A DNA stretch of 64,000 nt, taken from the NCBI GenBank assembly GCA_964368945.1, contig CAYJDM010000003.1, positions 22,231-86,230 of the forward strand. The letters are read 5' to 3'. A program made the position numbers and the translations under genes. Positions 10,111 through 17,730 of the stretch are shown here, piece after piece (the first letter of the stretch is position 1; each line of letters opens with the position of its first letter). This DNA is from an uncultured Candidatus Saccharibacteria bacterium (GTDB lineage: Bacteria; Patescibacteriota; Minisyncoccia; Phycocordibacterales; CAIZLB01). Below the pieces are notes generated by a model. That model searched no databases. It was not told where the DNA came from and saw nothing but the letters and a program-made list of their open reading frames with translations.

Positions 10111-11235
10111 ATGAGCAAAGACTATTATAAAACCCTCGGCGTCGATAAAGGCGCCTCGCAGGATGAAATCAAAAAGGCATTCCGCAAGCTCGCTCACGAG
10201 CATCATCCTGATAAGCAGGGCGGCAATGCCGACAAATTCAAGGAGGCGAGCGAAGCCTATGGCGTTTTGGGCGATGCCGAAAAGCGGAAGCAATACGATC
10301 AGTTCGGCAGCGCCGGCCCGGGATTCGGAGGCGGACAAGGAGGCGGCTTCAGCGGATTCGAAGGATTCGATTTCTCCGGATTTGGACAACAGGGCAATGG
10401 ACAGGGATTCGAATTCGATCTTGGCGATATTTTCGGATCCATGTTTGGCGGCGGCGGTCGCGGACGTGGCGGAGCAGGGGGACGGGGACGCGCACCTCGC
10501 GGCCAGGATATCCAAGTCGATATCACGCTTTCATTCAAGGATTCTATTTTTGGCCTAGATAAGGAAATCACCATCAGCAAGCATTCGAAATGCTCCCATT
10601 GCAAAGGCAATCGCGCCGAGCCTGGAACGAATCTGAAGACATGCAAGACCTGCAATGGCGAAGGCCGCGTAATCAGGCAGCAGCGATCAATTCTCGGCAT
10701 GATAGAGAATGAAGTCATATGCGATGAATGCGAAGGCACAGGCAAGATCCCCGAAACGAAATGCAAGACATGCAAGGGCAAGGGAATCGAGATGCAAAAG
10801 GAGACTACAAATATCGTCATCCCTCCCGGAATTGAGAATGGCGAATCATTGCGCGTGCGAGGCGGCGGAGAAGCTATCGCAAATGGCGAGAGCGGCGATT
10901 TGTATATAAAGATATATGTAAAGGCAGACTCCCGATTCCGCAAGCAGGGCTACGATCTCTATGCGGATTTGCCGATAGGGGTTGCGACAGCGACTCTCGG
11001 AGGCCAGGCGGATTTCGAAAACCTTGATGAGAAACTAACCGTCAAGATCCCTGAAGGAATCCAGCATGGAGAGATCTTGCGCATTCGCAATAAAGGAGTG
11101 CCTCATTCTCGCGACGGCGCACATGCCTCGGAAATAAAGAGAGGGGAATTGATGCTGCGCATTCTCGTCAAAGTGCCAACGAAATTGAGCAAAGAACAGA
11201 AGCAATTGTTCGAAAAGCTGAAAGCGACGGAGTAA
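10111..11235 (+). CDS. dnaJ: molecular chaperone DnaJ
   Basis: J domain with HPD (HEHHPDK), Gly/Phe-rich linker, four CxxCxGxG zinc-finger repeats. Confidence 0.95.
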   Translation: MSKDYYKTLGVDKGASQDEIKKAFRKLAHEHHPDKQGGNADKFKEASEAYGVLGDAEKRKQYDQFGSAGPGFGGGQGGGFSGFEGFDFSGFGQQGNGQGFEFDLGDIFGSMFGGGGRGRGGAGGRGRAPRGQDIQVDITLSFKDSIFGLDKEITISKHSKCSHCKGNRAEPGTNLKTCKTCNGEGRVIRQQRSILGMIENEVICDECEGTGKIPETKCKTCKGKGIEMQKETTNIVIPPGIENGESLRVRGGGEAIANGESGDLYIKIYVKADSRFRKQGYDLYADLPIGVATATLGGQADFENLDEKLTVKIPEGIQHGEILRIRNKGVPHSRDGAHASEIKRGELMLRILVKVPTKLSKEQKQLFEKLKATE

Positions 11236-11337
11236 ATGGCTTGCATTGACTAGTTTGGAGTTTATGTCATATTGATACGTCTACTGCCAATCCAGCAGCA
11301 CATTCAATCGCATCCAAACCCCAATACGCATAGCTAA

Positions 11338-11613
11338 ATGGAAACTAACTACATACTCACCATCTGTCTCGTTGCCTTCTCAGTCATTTCGGGAATATTC
11401 ACTGAAAATCACAAAGGGAAAGCAGGTCTCGTGACCCTTGTCCTCAGCGTCGTATCGGCTGTCAGCACCCTGCTCATCCTCATGCAGAAAGCCGATGTCT
11501 GGTTCTGGCCAATGGTCTTCATGGCCGCAACCTACCTCTTCGGCATGTGGGCGGCATCAACATGGAATACCTTTTCACAAAAAGAACGAGGCGTTCAGGG
11601 TGAAAAATCCTGA
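11338..11613 (+). CDS. small hypothetical membrane protein
   Basis: 91 aa with three predicted TM helices. Confidence 0.5.
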   Translation: METNYILTICLVAFSVISGIFTENHKGKAGLVTLVLSVVSAVSTLLILMQKADVWFWPMVFMAATYLFGMWAASTWNTFSQKERGVQGEKS

Positions 11614-11626
11614 TCTTAGCTGAATC

Positions 11627-11941
11627 ATGAATGACACTCTCGACAAGATCGTATCAATCATCGCTGGGAGCATGCTTCTGGCATTCCTAAGCGGCTTCGT
11701 ATGGCATTTCACCGGCGGCAATGCATTTCAAAGACCCAAAGGGAAGGAAGTCCCCGGACCCGTAAGGATCTTCTTCTCGGTGCTACTGGTTGTATGCTGG
11801 TTTGTAAGCGTCGGAGGATGGATCTGGCATATCGTGCTGGCGAAATCGTGGATTAGCGCAATCATAACCTTTTTTATCCTCGTGTGTTCCAATTCGGCGG
11901 GCTGGATGCTGGGAAGAAAGTGGTATGAAAACCCCAAATAA
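11627..11941 (+). CDS. small hypothetical membrane protein
   Basis: 104 aa with three predicted TM helices; tandem with the previous gene. Confidence 0.5.
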   Translation: MNDTLDKIVSIIAGSMLLAFLSGFVWHFTGGNAFQRPKGKEVPGPVRIFFSVLLVVCWFVSVGGWIWHIVLAKSWISAIITFFILVCSNSAGWMLGRKWYENPK

Positions 11942-11971
11942 ACGAAAGGAGGGATCTTCCAGGAATAGAGG

Positions 11972-12000
11972 AGGCGCGCCGGGATGCCGGCGCGCCTTTT
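11972..12000 (+). terminator. intrinsic terminator
   Basis: GGCGCGCCGG-GAT-GCCGGCGCGCC perfect hairpin plus TTTT. Confidence 0.6.
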
Positions 12001-12149
12001 GCATTGAAGCCTGAACAGTGGCCGATTTGTCACAAAAACTACCCAAAATCGTCTTATATAGTACACTGACAGATGTACCATTATTAGCCCTAAAATCGCT
12101 ATTACCCAGCTAATTTGCCCAATTTTTACCCATTTATTTAGATAATTTT

Positions 12150-13397
12150 ATGAAAAAACACCTTATTTCAGCCACAAAGGCGGCCCTTACGGCCATGCTA
12201 TCCCTTGCGATGGTTTTCGGATTTGCCGCGAGCTTGACGCCAAGCCAGGCAGAAGCGCAGTCATATTACCCATATGGCACATGCTATACCTTCAATACAG
12301 ACTTGCAGATAGGCAGCGTAGGATCTGCGGTTGAGGCTTTGCACAATCTGCTTTCGCGAGAAGGGTTCACGCGATCGAATTCTTGGTCTGTCTCAAACCA
12401 GACATACAATGAAGAGACCGCGTCTCTCGTCAGCGGATTCCAGGAGCGATATGCTTCTGAAATCCTAACGCCTGCCGGACTCCGATACGGAACTGGCTTC
12501 GTAGGTGCGAGGACTCGAACTAAATTGAATGCGCTTTGCAGCGGAGGAGGAACTGGATCTAATGGATATTCTCCGTCTATCTCAAATCTTTCTACCGTAA
12601 CTACTTTGCAGACAGGTCAGACAGGAACATGGTCATTGACTGCGACAGATCCACTTAATCAGTCGCTTACATATTATGTGAGCTGGGGAGATGAAGCATA
12701 TTATGCATATCCGGTAAGCAGCGCCGTTGCTCCTTCGACGAATGCATACGATCAGCGATCCACATTCACCCATGCATACTCTCAGGCAGGTACGTATACG
12801 ATTACTTTCCGAGTTCGAAATACATCGGGATATGAATCACAGACGACGACTACGGTATATGTGACTGGCAATGGAACGGGAGGAGGCAACTGTTGGAATG
12901 GAAGCTATTACACTTCGTATTGCGGCGGCACGAATACGAACACTCCTCGAGTGATTTCTCCGAATGGCGGCGAATGGCTGCAGAGAGGAGCGTATCAGAT
13001 GCTTTCTTGGTCATTGCCAAATGTGCAGTATTTCGCGGCTCAGCCTCTTGATGTGAATTTCATCTTGCAGAGCTCTAGCCAGTATCCATATACGGTTGGC
13101 GCTTCGCAGCAGCAGGGATATTCGACATGTCCTGTAGGAAGCACATGCGCATACAATCCGAATCAGCAGTATCCATATTATGTGAATAATGCGAATCAAA
13201 GCCCGTACTACCAGAATTACAATTACAATACGAAGTACAGCGTATTGCAGAATACGACATTGAATTCATATAATTGGGTAGTGGGCAGCACGCCATCAGG
13301 ATGGTCTACGATGGTTTCGGGAACATACCTCATGCAGGTATGCCTCGCTGGAACGAATACTTGTGATGTAAGCGATTCTACGTTTACGATTTATTAA
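12150..13397 (+). CDS. secreted protein with a peptidoglycan-binding-like domain and a PKD-like domain
   Basis: Signal peptide MKKHLISATKAALTAMLSLAMVFGFAASL; PG_binding_1-like LQIGSVGSAVEALHNLLSREGF; PKD-like WGDEAY...HAYSQAGTYTITFRVRNTSGYESQTTTTVYV; Tyr/Asn/Gln/Ser-rich C-terminal half. Confidence 0.7.
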   Translation: MKKHLISATKAALTAMLSLAMVFGFAASLTPSQAEAQSYYPYGTCYTFNTDLQIGSVGSAVEALHNLLSREGFTRSNSWSVSNQTYNEETASLVSGFQERYASEILTPAGLRYGTGFVGARTRTKLNALCSGGGTGSNGYSPSISNLSTVTTLQTGQTGTWSLTATDPLNQSLTYYVSWGDEAYYAYPVSSAVAPSTNAYDQRSTFTHAYSQAGTYTITFRVRNTSGYESQTTTTVYVTGNGTGGGNCWNGSYYTSYCGGTNTNTPRVISPNGGEWLQRGAYQMLSWSLPNVQYFAAQPLDVNFILQSSSQYPYTVGASQQQGYSTCPVGSTCAYNPNQQYPYYVNNANQSPYYQNYNYNTKYSVLQNTTLNSYNWVVGSTPSGWSTMVSGTYLMQVCLAGTNTCDVSDSTFTIY

Positions 13398-13434
13398 AAA
13401 CTTTCCAGGAAGGGGAGTGCAAAATTGACAGAAA

Positions 13435-13476
13435 GAACGTCCGTGGTAGCGTATATCCCGGACGTTCTTTGTTTGT
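13435..13476 (+). terminator. intrinsic terminator
   Basis: AAGAACGTCCG...CGGACGTTCTT 11-bp stem followed by a T-rich tail. Confidence 0.6.
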
Positions 13477-13539
13477 GCAATCCGCGCAGGCGCGTCCTTT
13501 TCAACCTAATCAGTCGCCGAGTGGCGGCAGGAGGAAAAT

Positions 13540-14181
13540 ATGCCAAGCAATCCAATCAGAATAAAATTCAGACCCCACATCCATGAGCCGAGAGTGTACA
13601 AGTTCGAACAGTTGGTTCCATCTGCCGCAATCGGTGCGGAACTCTTGCTCCAACTGAAGCAATTTCGGCAATATCAATGGGCATGGACATCGACAGCAGA
13701 ACTCCTGCGAGCGATAACATCAATACGCAGGCTGCAAAACCCAGACTACATAGACGCAGCAATCATGCATGCGGAGCCGATCGAGAAATTCCATCTGCTG
13801 ATGACGCATGCGAATGGAGGGGAAGCCCCTTCTGGCACAATCAATTACATTGTCGATTCGAGCGATTCCGAGGAGGCTAAAGCGAGAAAGGAGCCCGCAG
13901 TCGATCTGTATTTTGACGAACCATACGATCGGACCAATGTCCTCAACCTCATGCGAATCGGGCCTGAAGAATTGTTCGTGCCATTCGGCTGGGCTCAGTC
14001 GGTTTTGAATTTTATTCGCTTGGGCTTCCAATATGCGGACCGGATTGATCCGAGAGACAATCAGGTTTCTCGGGACATGCTTTTCTTGCATGGGAATTAT
14101 CGAAATACATTGCATCATGCCATTGTCACCCGGAGTGGCAGCGGCGCTACATGGAGGCATGAACCGATTAGGCTTTCATGA
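13540..14181 (+). CDS. hypothetical protein
   Basis: 213-aa soluble-looking ORF; no motif recognised. Confidence 0.5.
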   Translation: MPSNPIRIKFRPHIHEPRVYKFEQLVPSAAIGAELLLQLKQFRQYQWAWTSTAELLRAITSIRRLQNPDYIDAAIMHAEPIEKFHLLMTHANGGEAPSGTINYIVDSSDSEEAKARKEPAVDLYFDEPYDRTNVLNLMRIGPEELFVPFGWAQSVLNFIRLGFQYADRIDPRDNQVSRDMLFLHGNYRNTLHHAIVTRSGSGATWRHEPIRLS

Positions 14182-14261
14182 TTCCAAAATAATCAACGGA
14201 ATCTGCACAATAACGGTCCCGACATCGCGCGAAAGCAGGTGTCGGGATTTTCTTTTATGAT

Positions 14262-14768
14262 ATGATACTCATCATGATAAACCTGATCGTGGTGATATCC
14301 GTCGTCGTACTTTCGCTTCTCGCATATTATAAAGGATCGCGCATCCTTCTCTCTGCGATCATTTCTTTTTATCCCGCATCGATGCTCTATGTGGCATTGC
14401 CGATCAAGGAAAGGCTGCTCATTCTGGGAAATAGCGGCGTTCAGCTTTTTTATTCTCATGCATTGATATATGGAATCTTGTTCCTGCTCATATTCTGGGC
14501 GGTCTATAGGCTAACGGGACATGAGAGCCTCGGATATGGCGCTGCAAAGTGGATCAATTCATTCCTGGTCGGAGGGTCATTCGTTCTCGCCATGCTGGCG
14601 CTTTCTTTCCATATTCTGCCTGCGAACAATATATTTCAGATCGAAATGGTCAGCATCCGCAATTTCTGGTCTTCGGACTGGGGATATTTCGTAGCCATCA
14701 TCGCGCCTTTGATAGCGATCTGGAGAATGGCTATGGGAGGCCGGGTGCGGCGCGATCTCTTTAAATAG
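14262..14768 (+). CDS. hypothetical membrane protein
   Basis: 168 aa with five predicted TM helices. Confidence 0.55.
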   Translation: MILIMINLIVVISVVVLSLLAYYKGSRILLSAIISFYPASMLYVALPIKERLLILGNSGVQLFYSHALIYGILFLLIFWAVYRLTGHESLGYGAAKWINSFLVGGSFVLAMLALSFHILPANNIFQIEMVSIRNFWSSDWGYFVAIIAPLIAIWRMAMGGRVRRDLFK

Positions 14769-14802
14769 CAGGCGGTTTGGATTTTTTAATATTTGAATAA
14801 AA

Positions 14803-15876
14803 ATGGAAACAGAATCGACAGTAGAAACAGCAGGAGAAATATCAGTTCAGGCAAAATCGAAAAGAATTCGAGCCAAGAAAAGCGCCGAGCATATCGAATC
14901 CATCGAGTCTGATGGCAATATCAGCGTCGTCGAAGACAAGCCCAAGAAGCAGAGAAAGCCGCGAGCTAAGCAGCCGAAAGTCCCGCACGACTATATCGAC
15001 CCAGAATTAGTGGTAGCAGAAGCGGAGCCGATCATGGCAGCGGCGCCAATTTCGGCATCTATGGCAAAAGCCCCAGCAATAGCAGCCTCAATCGCGCCCG
15101 CGGATATTGCGGCAATCGACGGCATCGATGATGCATTGGCAGTGGATTTTTCCCTCGAAAAATTCAAGTCGGTCAGATTCACCGTGCGCAAGCAAATCTC
15201 GCTTTTCTTCGAGGATACATTCCCTCATTTTACGCAAAGCATCTGGTCTCCGATTTTCAATATAATATATCGAGCATGTTTTTCGCTGAAAATCCGCGGG
15301 CGGGAAAATCTGGAACACAAAGAAGGGCCGATGCTCTTCATCTCAAATCATATTGGATTTTATGATAGCTTCACATTCGATCTTTTCGTAAACCCATTCT
15401 CGCATATCATGCCGTTCAGATTCATGGGAACCACGCGATTCAGGGTGCAGTTCCTCGCCGTGCTCAAAGTCATAGGCATAGTCGATCTGATCTATTTCTT
15501 CTTTGGCGTATTCCGCGTGACGCCGGGCGAAGGGGCAGAGAAGTCTTTGAAAAAAGCCTATGAGATCATCAAGAATGAGGGGACGGTCGTCATGTATCCG
15601 GAAGGAAGAATCTGGAAGCCTACAGTCGTGCACCCAGAGGAGATCGGGCCATTCAAATGGGGCGCGGCTATTCTGGCAAAAAATACGGGCGTACAGGTAA
15701 TTCCCGTAGCCATGAAAAAATCAGTCAGGCTAGATCGAAAAGGATATGCCAAGATGCGCAATCGACTCGAAATCCGCATCGGCAAGCCATTCTATGTCGA
15801 CCCAGCCAAGGCGCCGGAGGCGATCGCGGAAGATATGCGAACGAAGGTTTTGGATCTGCATGAACGGCTTGGGTGA
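14803..15876 (+). CDS. lysophospholipid (1-acyl-sn-glycerol-3-phosphate) acyltransferase family protein
   Basis: HxxxxD motif FISNHIGFYDSF and VMYPEGR (PEGTR-like) motif of the PlsC/LPLAT family; disordered Lys/Ala-rich N-terminal 120 aa. Confidence 0.75.
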   Translation: METESTVETAGEISVQAKSKRIRAKKSAEHIESIESDGNISVVEDKPKKQRKPRAKQPKVPHDYIDPELVVAEAEPIMAAAPISASMAKAPAIAASIAPADIAAIDGIDDALAVDFSLEKFKSVRFTVRKQISLFFEDTFPHFTQSIWSPIFNIIYRACFSLKIRGRENLEHKEGPMLFISNHIGFYDSFTFDLFVNPFSHIMPFRFMGTTRFRVQFLAVLKVIGIVDLIYFFFGVFRVTPGEGAEKSLKKAYEIIKNEGTVVMYPEGRIWKPTVVHPEEIGPFKWGAAILAKNTGVQVIPVAMKKSVRLDRKGYAKMRNRLEIRIGKPFYVDPAKAPEAIAEDMRTKVLDLHERLG

Positions 15877-15924
15877 TAGGGCGAAAATTGATCAAAACTT
15901 CATATGCAAACAGGTAAGATACGG

Positions 15925-15952
15925 AAGCCTCAGGATGGTCCTGAGGCTTTTA
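15925..15952 (+). terminator. intrinsic terminator
   Basis: AAGCCTCAGGA-TGGT-CCTGAGGCTT plus TTT. Confidence 0.55.
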
Positions 15953-15978
15953 CCACCCAGAGAAAGGAGGTGAACGCG

Positions 15979-16059
15979 ATGAGAAAAAGGCATGCCAAGA
16001 AAGGTAACCCTTGGAAGGGCACGAACAAGCCGCCCAAACCAAGGCCGCCGAAAAGGTGA
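15979..16059 (+). CDS. 26-aa Lys/Arg/Pro-rich mini-protein (uncalled small ORF)
   Basis: MRKRHAKKGNPWKGTNKPPKPRPPKR; perfect Shine-Dalgarno AAGGAGGTGA 6 nt upstream of the ATG; strong intrinsic terminator immediately downstream (16086-16121). Confidence 0.45.
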   Translation: MRKRHAKKGNPWKGTNKPPKPRPPKR

Positions 16060-16085
16060 TTACTGCTGAGTAAGCCGTAATTGCC

Positions 16086-16121
16086 GGGGCATGGAGACTC
16101 ATTTGTTTCCATGCCCCTTTT
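16086..16121 (+). terminator. intrinsic terminator
   Basis: GGGGCATGGA...TCCATGCCCC plus TTTT. Confidence 0.6.
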
Positions 16122-16143
16122 ATTGCTATACAATATATGCAAT

Positions 16144-16581
16144 ATGCATACGCTCCCAGCCATAACCGGAAGCAAGAACCATGCGGAAAAAGTCATGCAG
16201 GCAATTTTGTTTTTGCAAAAAAATCACCCGAAGGAATTCGCATTTATCTCAGGTAAGATCAGGAAGATAACCATTATTGACGATGCAAAGCGCAGCGACA
16301 ATGAAGTAAACCCCGTCACAAGGAACTATACTATGCATTCAGGATTGCTTTATGGCTACCCGCAGGTAAGAGAGCATATTGCATCGCTTCTCATTCACGA
16401 AAGCCATCATATATCACAGCATAGAAAAGGTGTAAAAAATATCGATAGCCGCGCAGAACGATCGGCCTACGCAAGGCAGCTGGCCTTTTTGACAAAGATT
16501 AAAAGCAAAGATCTCTGCAGACATGTCAAAAATGATTTCGATTCGAAATACGTTAAAAACTCAAACAAGAGACCTCTTTAG
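16144..16581 (+). CDS. small hypothetical protein with an HExxH motif
   Basis: Start moved to the ATG at 16144, past the upstream terminator; contains LIHESHHISQH (HExxH); about 145 aa. Confidence 0.5.
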   Translation: MHTLPAITGSKNHAEKVMQAILFLQKNHPKEFAFISGKIRKITIIDDAKRSDNEVNPVTRNYTMHSGLLYGYPQVREHIASLLIHESHHISQHRKGVKNIDSRAERSAYARQLAFLTKIKSKDLCRHVKNDFDSKYVKNSNKRPL

Positions 16582-16638
16582 AAAAACGCCACTTGACATT
16601 GCGATTTTAAAAAAAGTGCTACACTATATAACACCACC

Positions 16639-17730
16639 ATGCTCCAGACAATCAATGATCTGACGACGCTGCTATTCAATTGGAACTTCAAAAAGCGAAA
16701 GATTGATTTCGCATTCGTTCTCCATCCCCGATATACGGCCGATATCTATCGCAAATATACATTCCTCAAGATCCTTCCTGAAATCGTCGTCGAATGGATT
16801 CTTCTTATTTTTTGGCCGACATATGGCGGGGGAATTTATGGCCTCAAAGACAAAGACGGCAATGAGCTCCGGGGTGCATTGATGATTTGCCCATTGCAGA
16901 GCAAGCAGATGCTTACCAAGCGAGCCTTGGCCAAAAAGAAAGTGATCGGCGCAGCGCGACTTGCTGAGAAATATGGCGCTACCGTAGTCGGCCTGGGCGC
17001 TTTGACATCATCCGTAACGAATGGAGGGGAAGACATAGCGCATCTTTTTCCCAATATCATAATCACATCCGGCAACTCTCTCACGACATTCATCACCAGC
17101 GACGATGTCATCAGGGTGGTTAGAAACAATAATCTCAAGGGCAAGATCGCAATCATCGGCGCTACCGGATCGATAGGAGCGGGCGTCGCGAAAATCCTCG
17201 CAGCAGAGCTCGAGAACGAGCTCCTCATAATCGGAAAGACGCCGCATAAGATCGAGTCGCTTGTCGCTGATATCAATATCATGCATAAAAAGAAGACGAA
17301 GGGGGCGGTCGGATCTTTTTCTACAGACCTATATCATGAAGCAGAGACAATCATCGTGACGACAAGCGCACATGATGCGGTTCTGCACAATAATCTGCTC
17401 GGGCCCGATCTCAAAATCATCTATGATGTGACGCAGCCGAAAAACACTCCGCCGGATGTGCAGAATCGAACGGATATTCTGTATGTCGATGGCGGATTGA
17501 TCAAGCTTCCGCCGGAAGTAAAGATAACTCTGGATATCGGGCTGCCGAAAGGGGTTGCATATTCATGCTTATCTGAGACAATTGTATTGCGAGCGGAGAA
17601 TTTATCGAATAAAAAATCAGGTTCGAAATTATCTACCGACTTCATCATGGAGATAGGCAGACGCGCAACTGCACGCGGGCTGACTTCTCATTTACTGTAC
17701 CATGGGCATAACAACAAACTTAGTATTTAA
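16639..17730 (+). CDS. acyl-ACP reductase-like NAD(P)-dependent oxidoreductase
   Basis: Rossmann motif IAIIGATGSIGAGVAKILA. Three blocks align with cyanobacterial long-chain acyl-ACP reductase: VVGLGALTSS; IIYDVTQPKN...ILYVDGGLIKLP; and Cys in VAYSCLSETIVL at the position of the AAR catalytic Cys. Confidence 0.6.
   Translation: MLQTINDLTTLLFNWNFKKRKIDFAFVLHPRYTADIYRKYTFLKILPEIVVEWILLIFWPTYGGGIYGLKDKDGNELRGALMICPLQSKQMLTKRALAKKKVIGAARLAEKYGATVVGLGALTSSVTNGGEDIAHLFPNIIITSGNSLTTFITSDDVIRVVRNNNLKGKIAIIGATGSIGAGVAKILAAELENELLIIGKTPHKIESLVADINIMHKKKTKGAVGSFSTDLYHEAETIIVTTSAHDAVLHNNLLGPDLKIIYDVTQPKNTPPDVQNRTDILYVDGGLIKLPPEVKITLDIGLPKGVAYSCLSETIVLRAENLSNKKSGSKLSTDFIMEIGRRATARGLTSHLLYHGHNNKLSI

Noticed and set aside
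10299-10943. 214-aa Pro-rich minus-strand ORF inside dnaJ
   Set aside because: The Pro run is the antisense of the Gly-rich G/F region of DnaJ.
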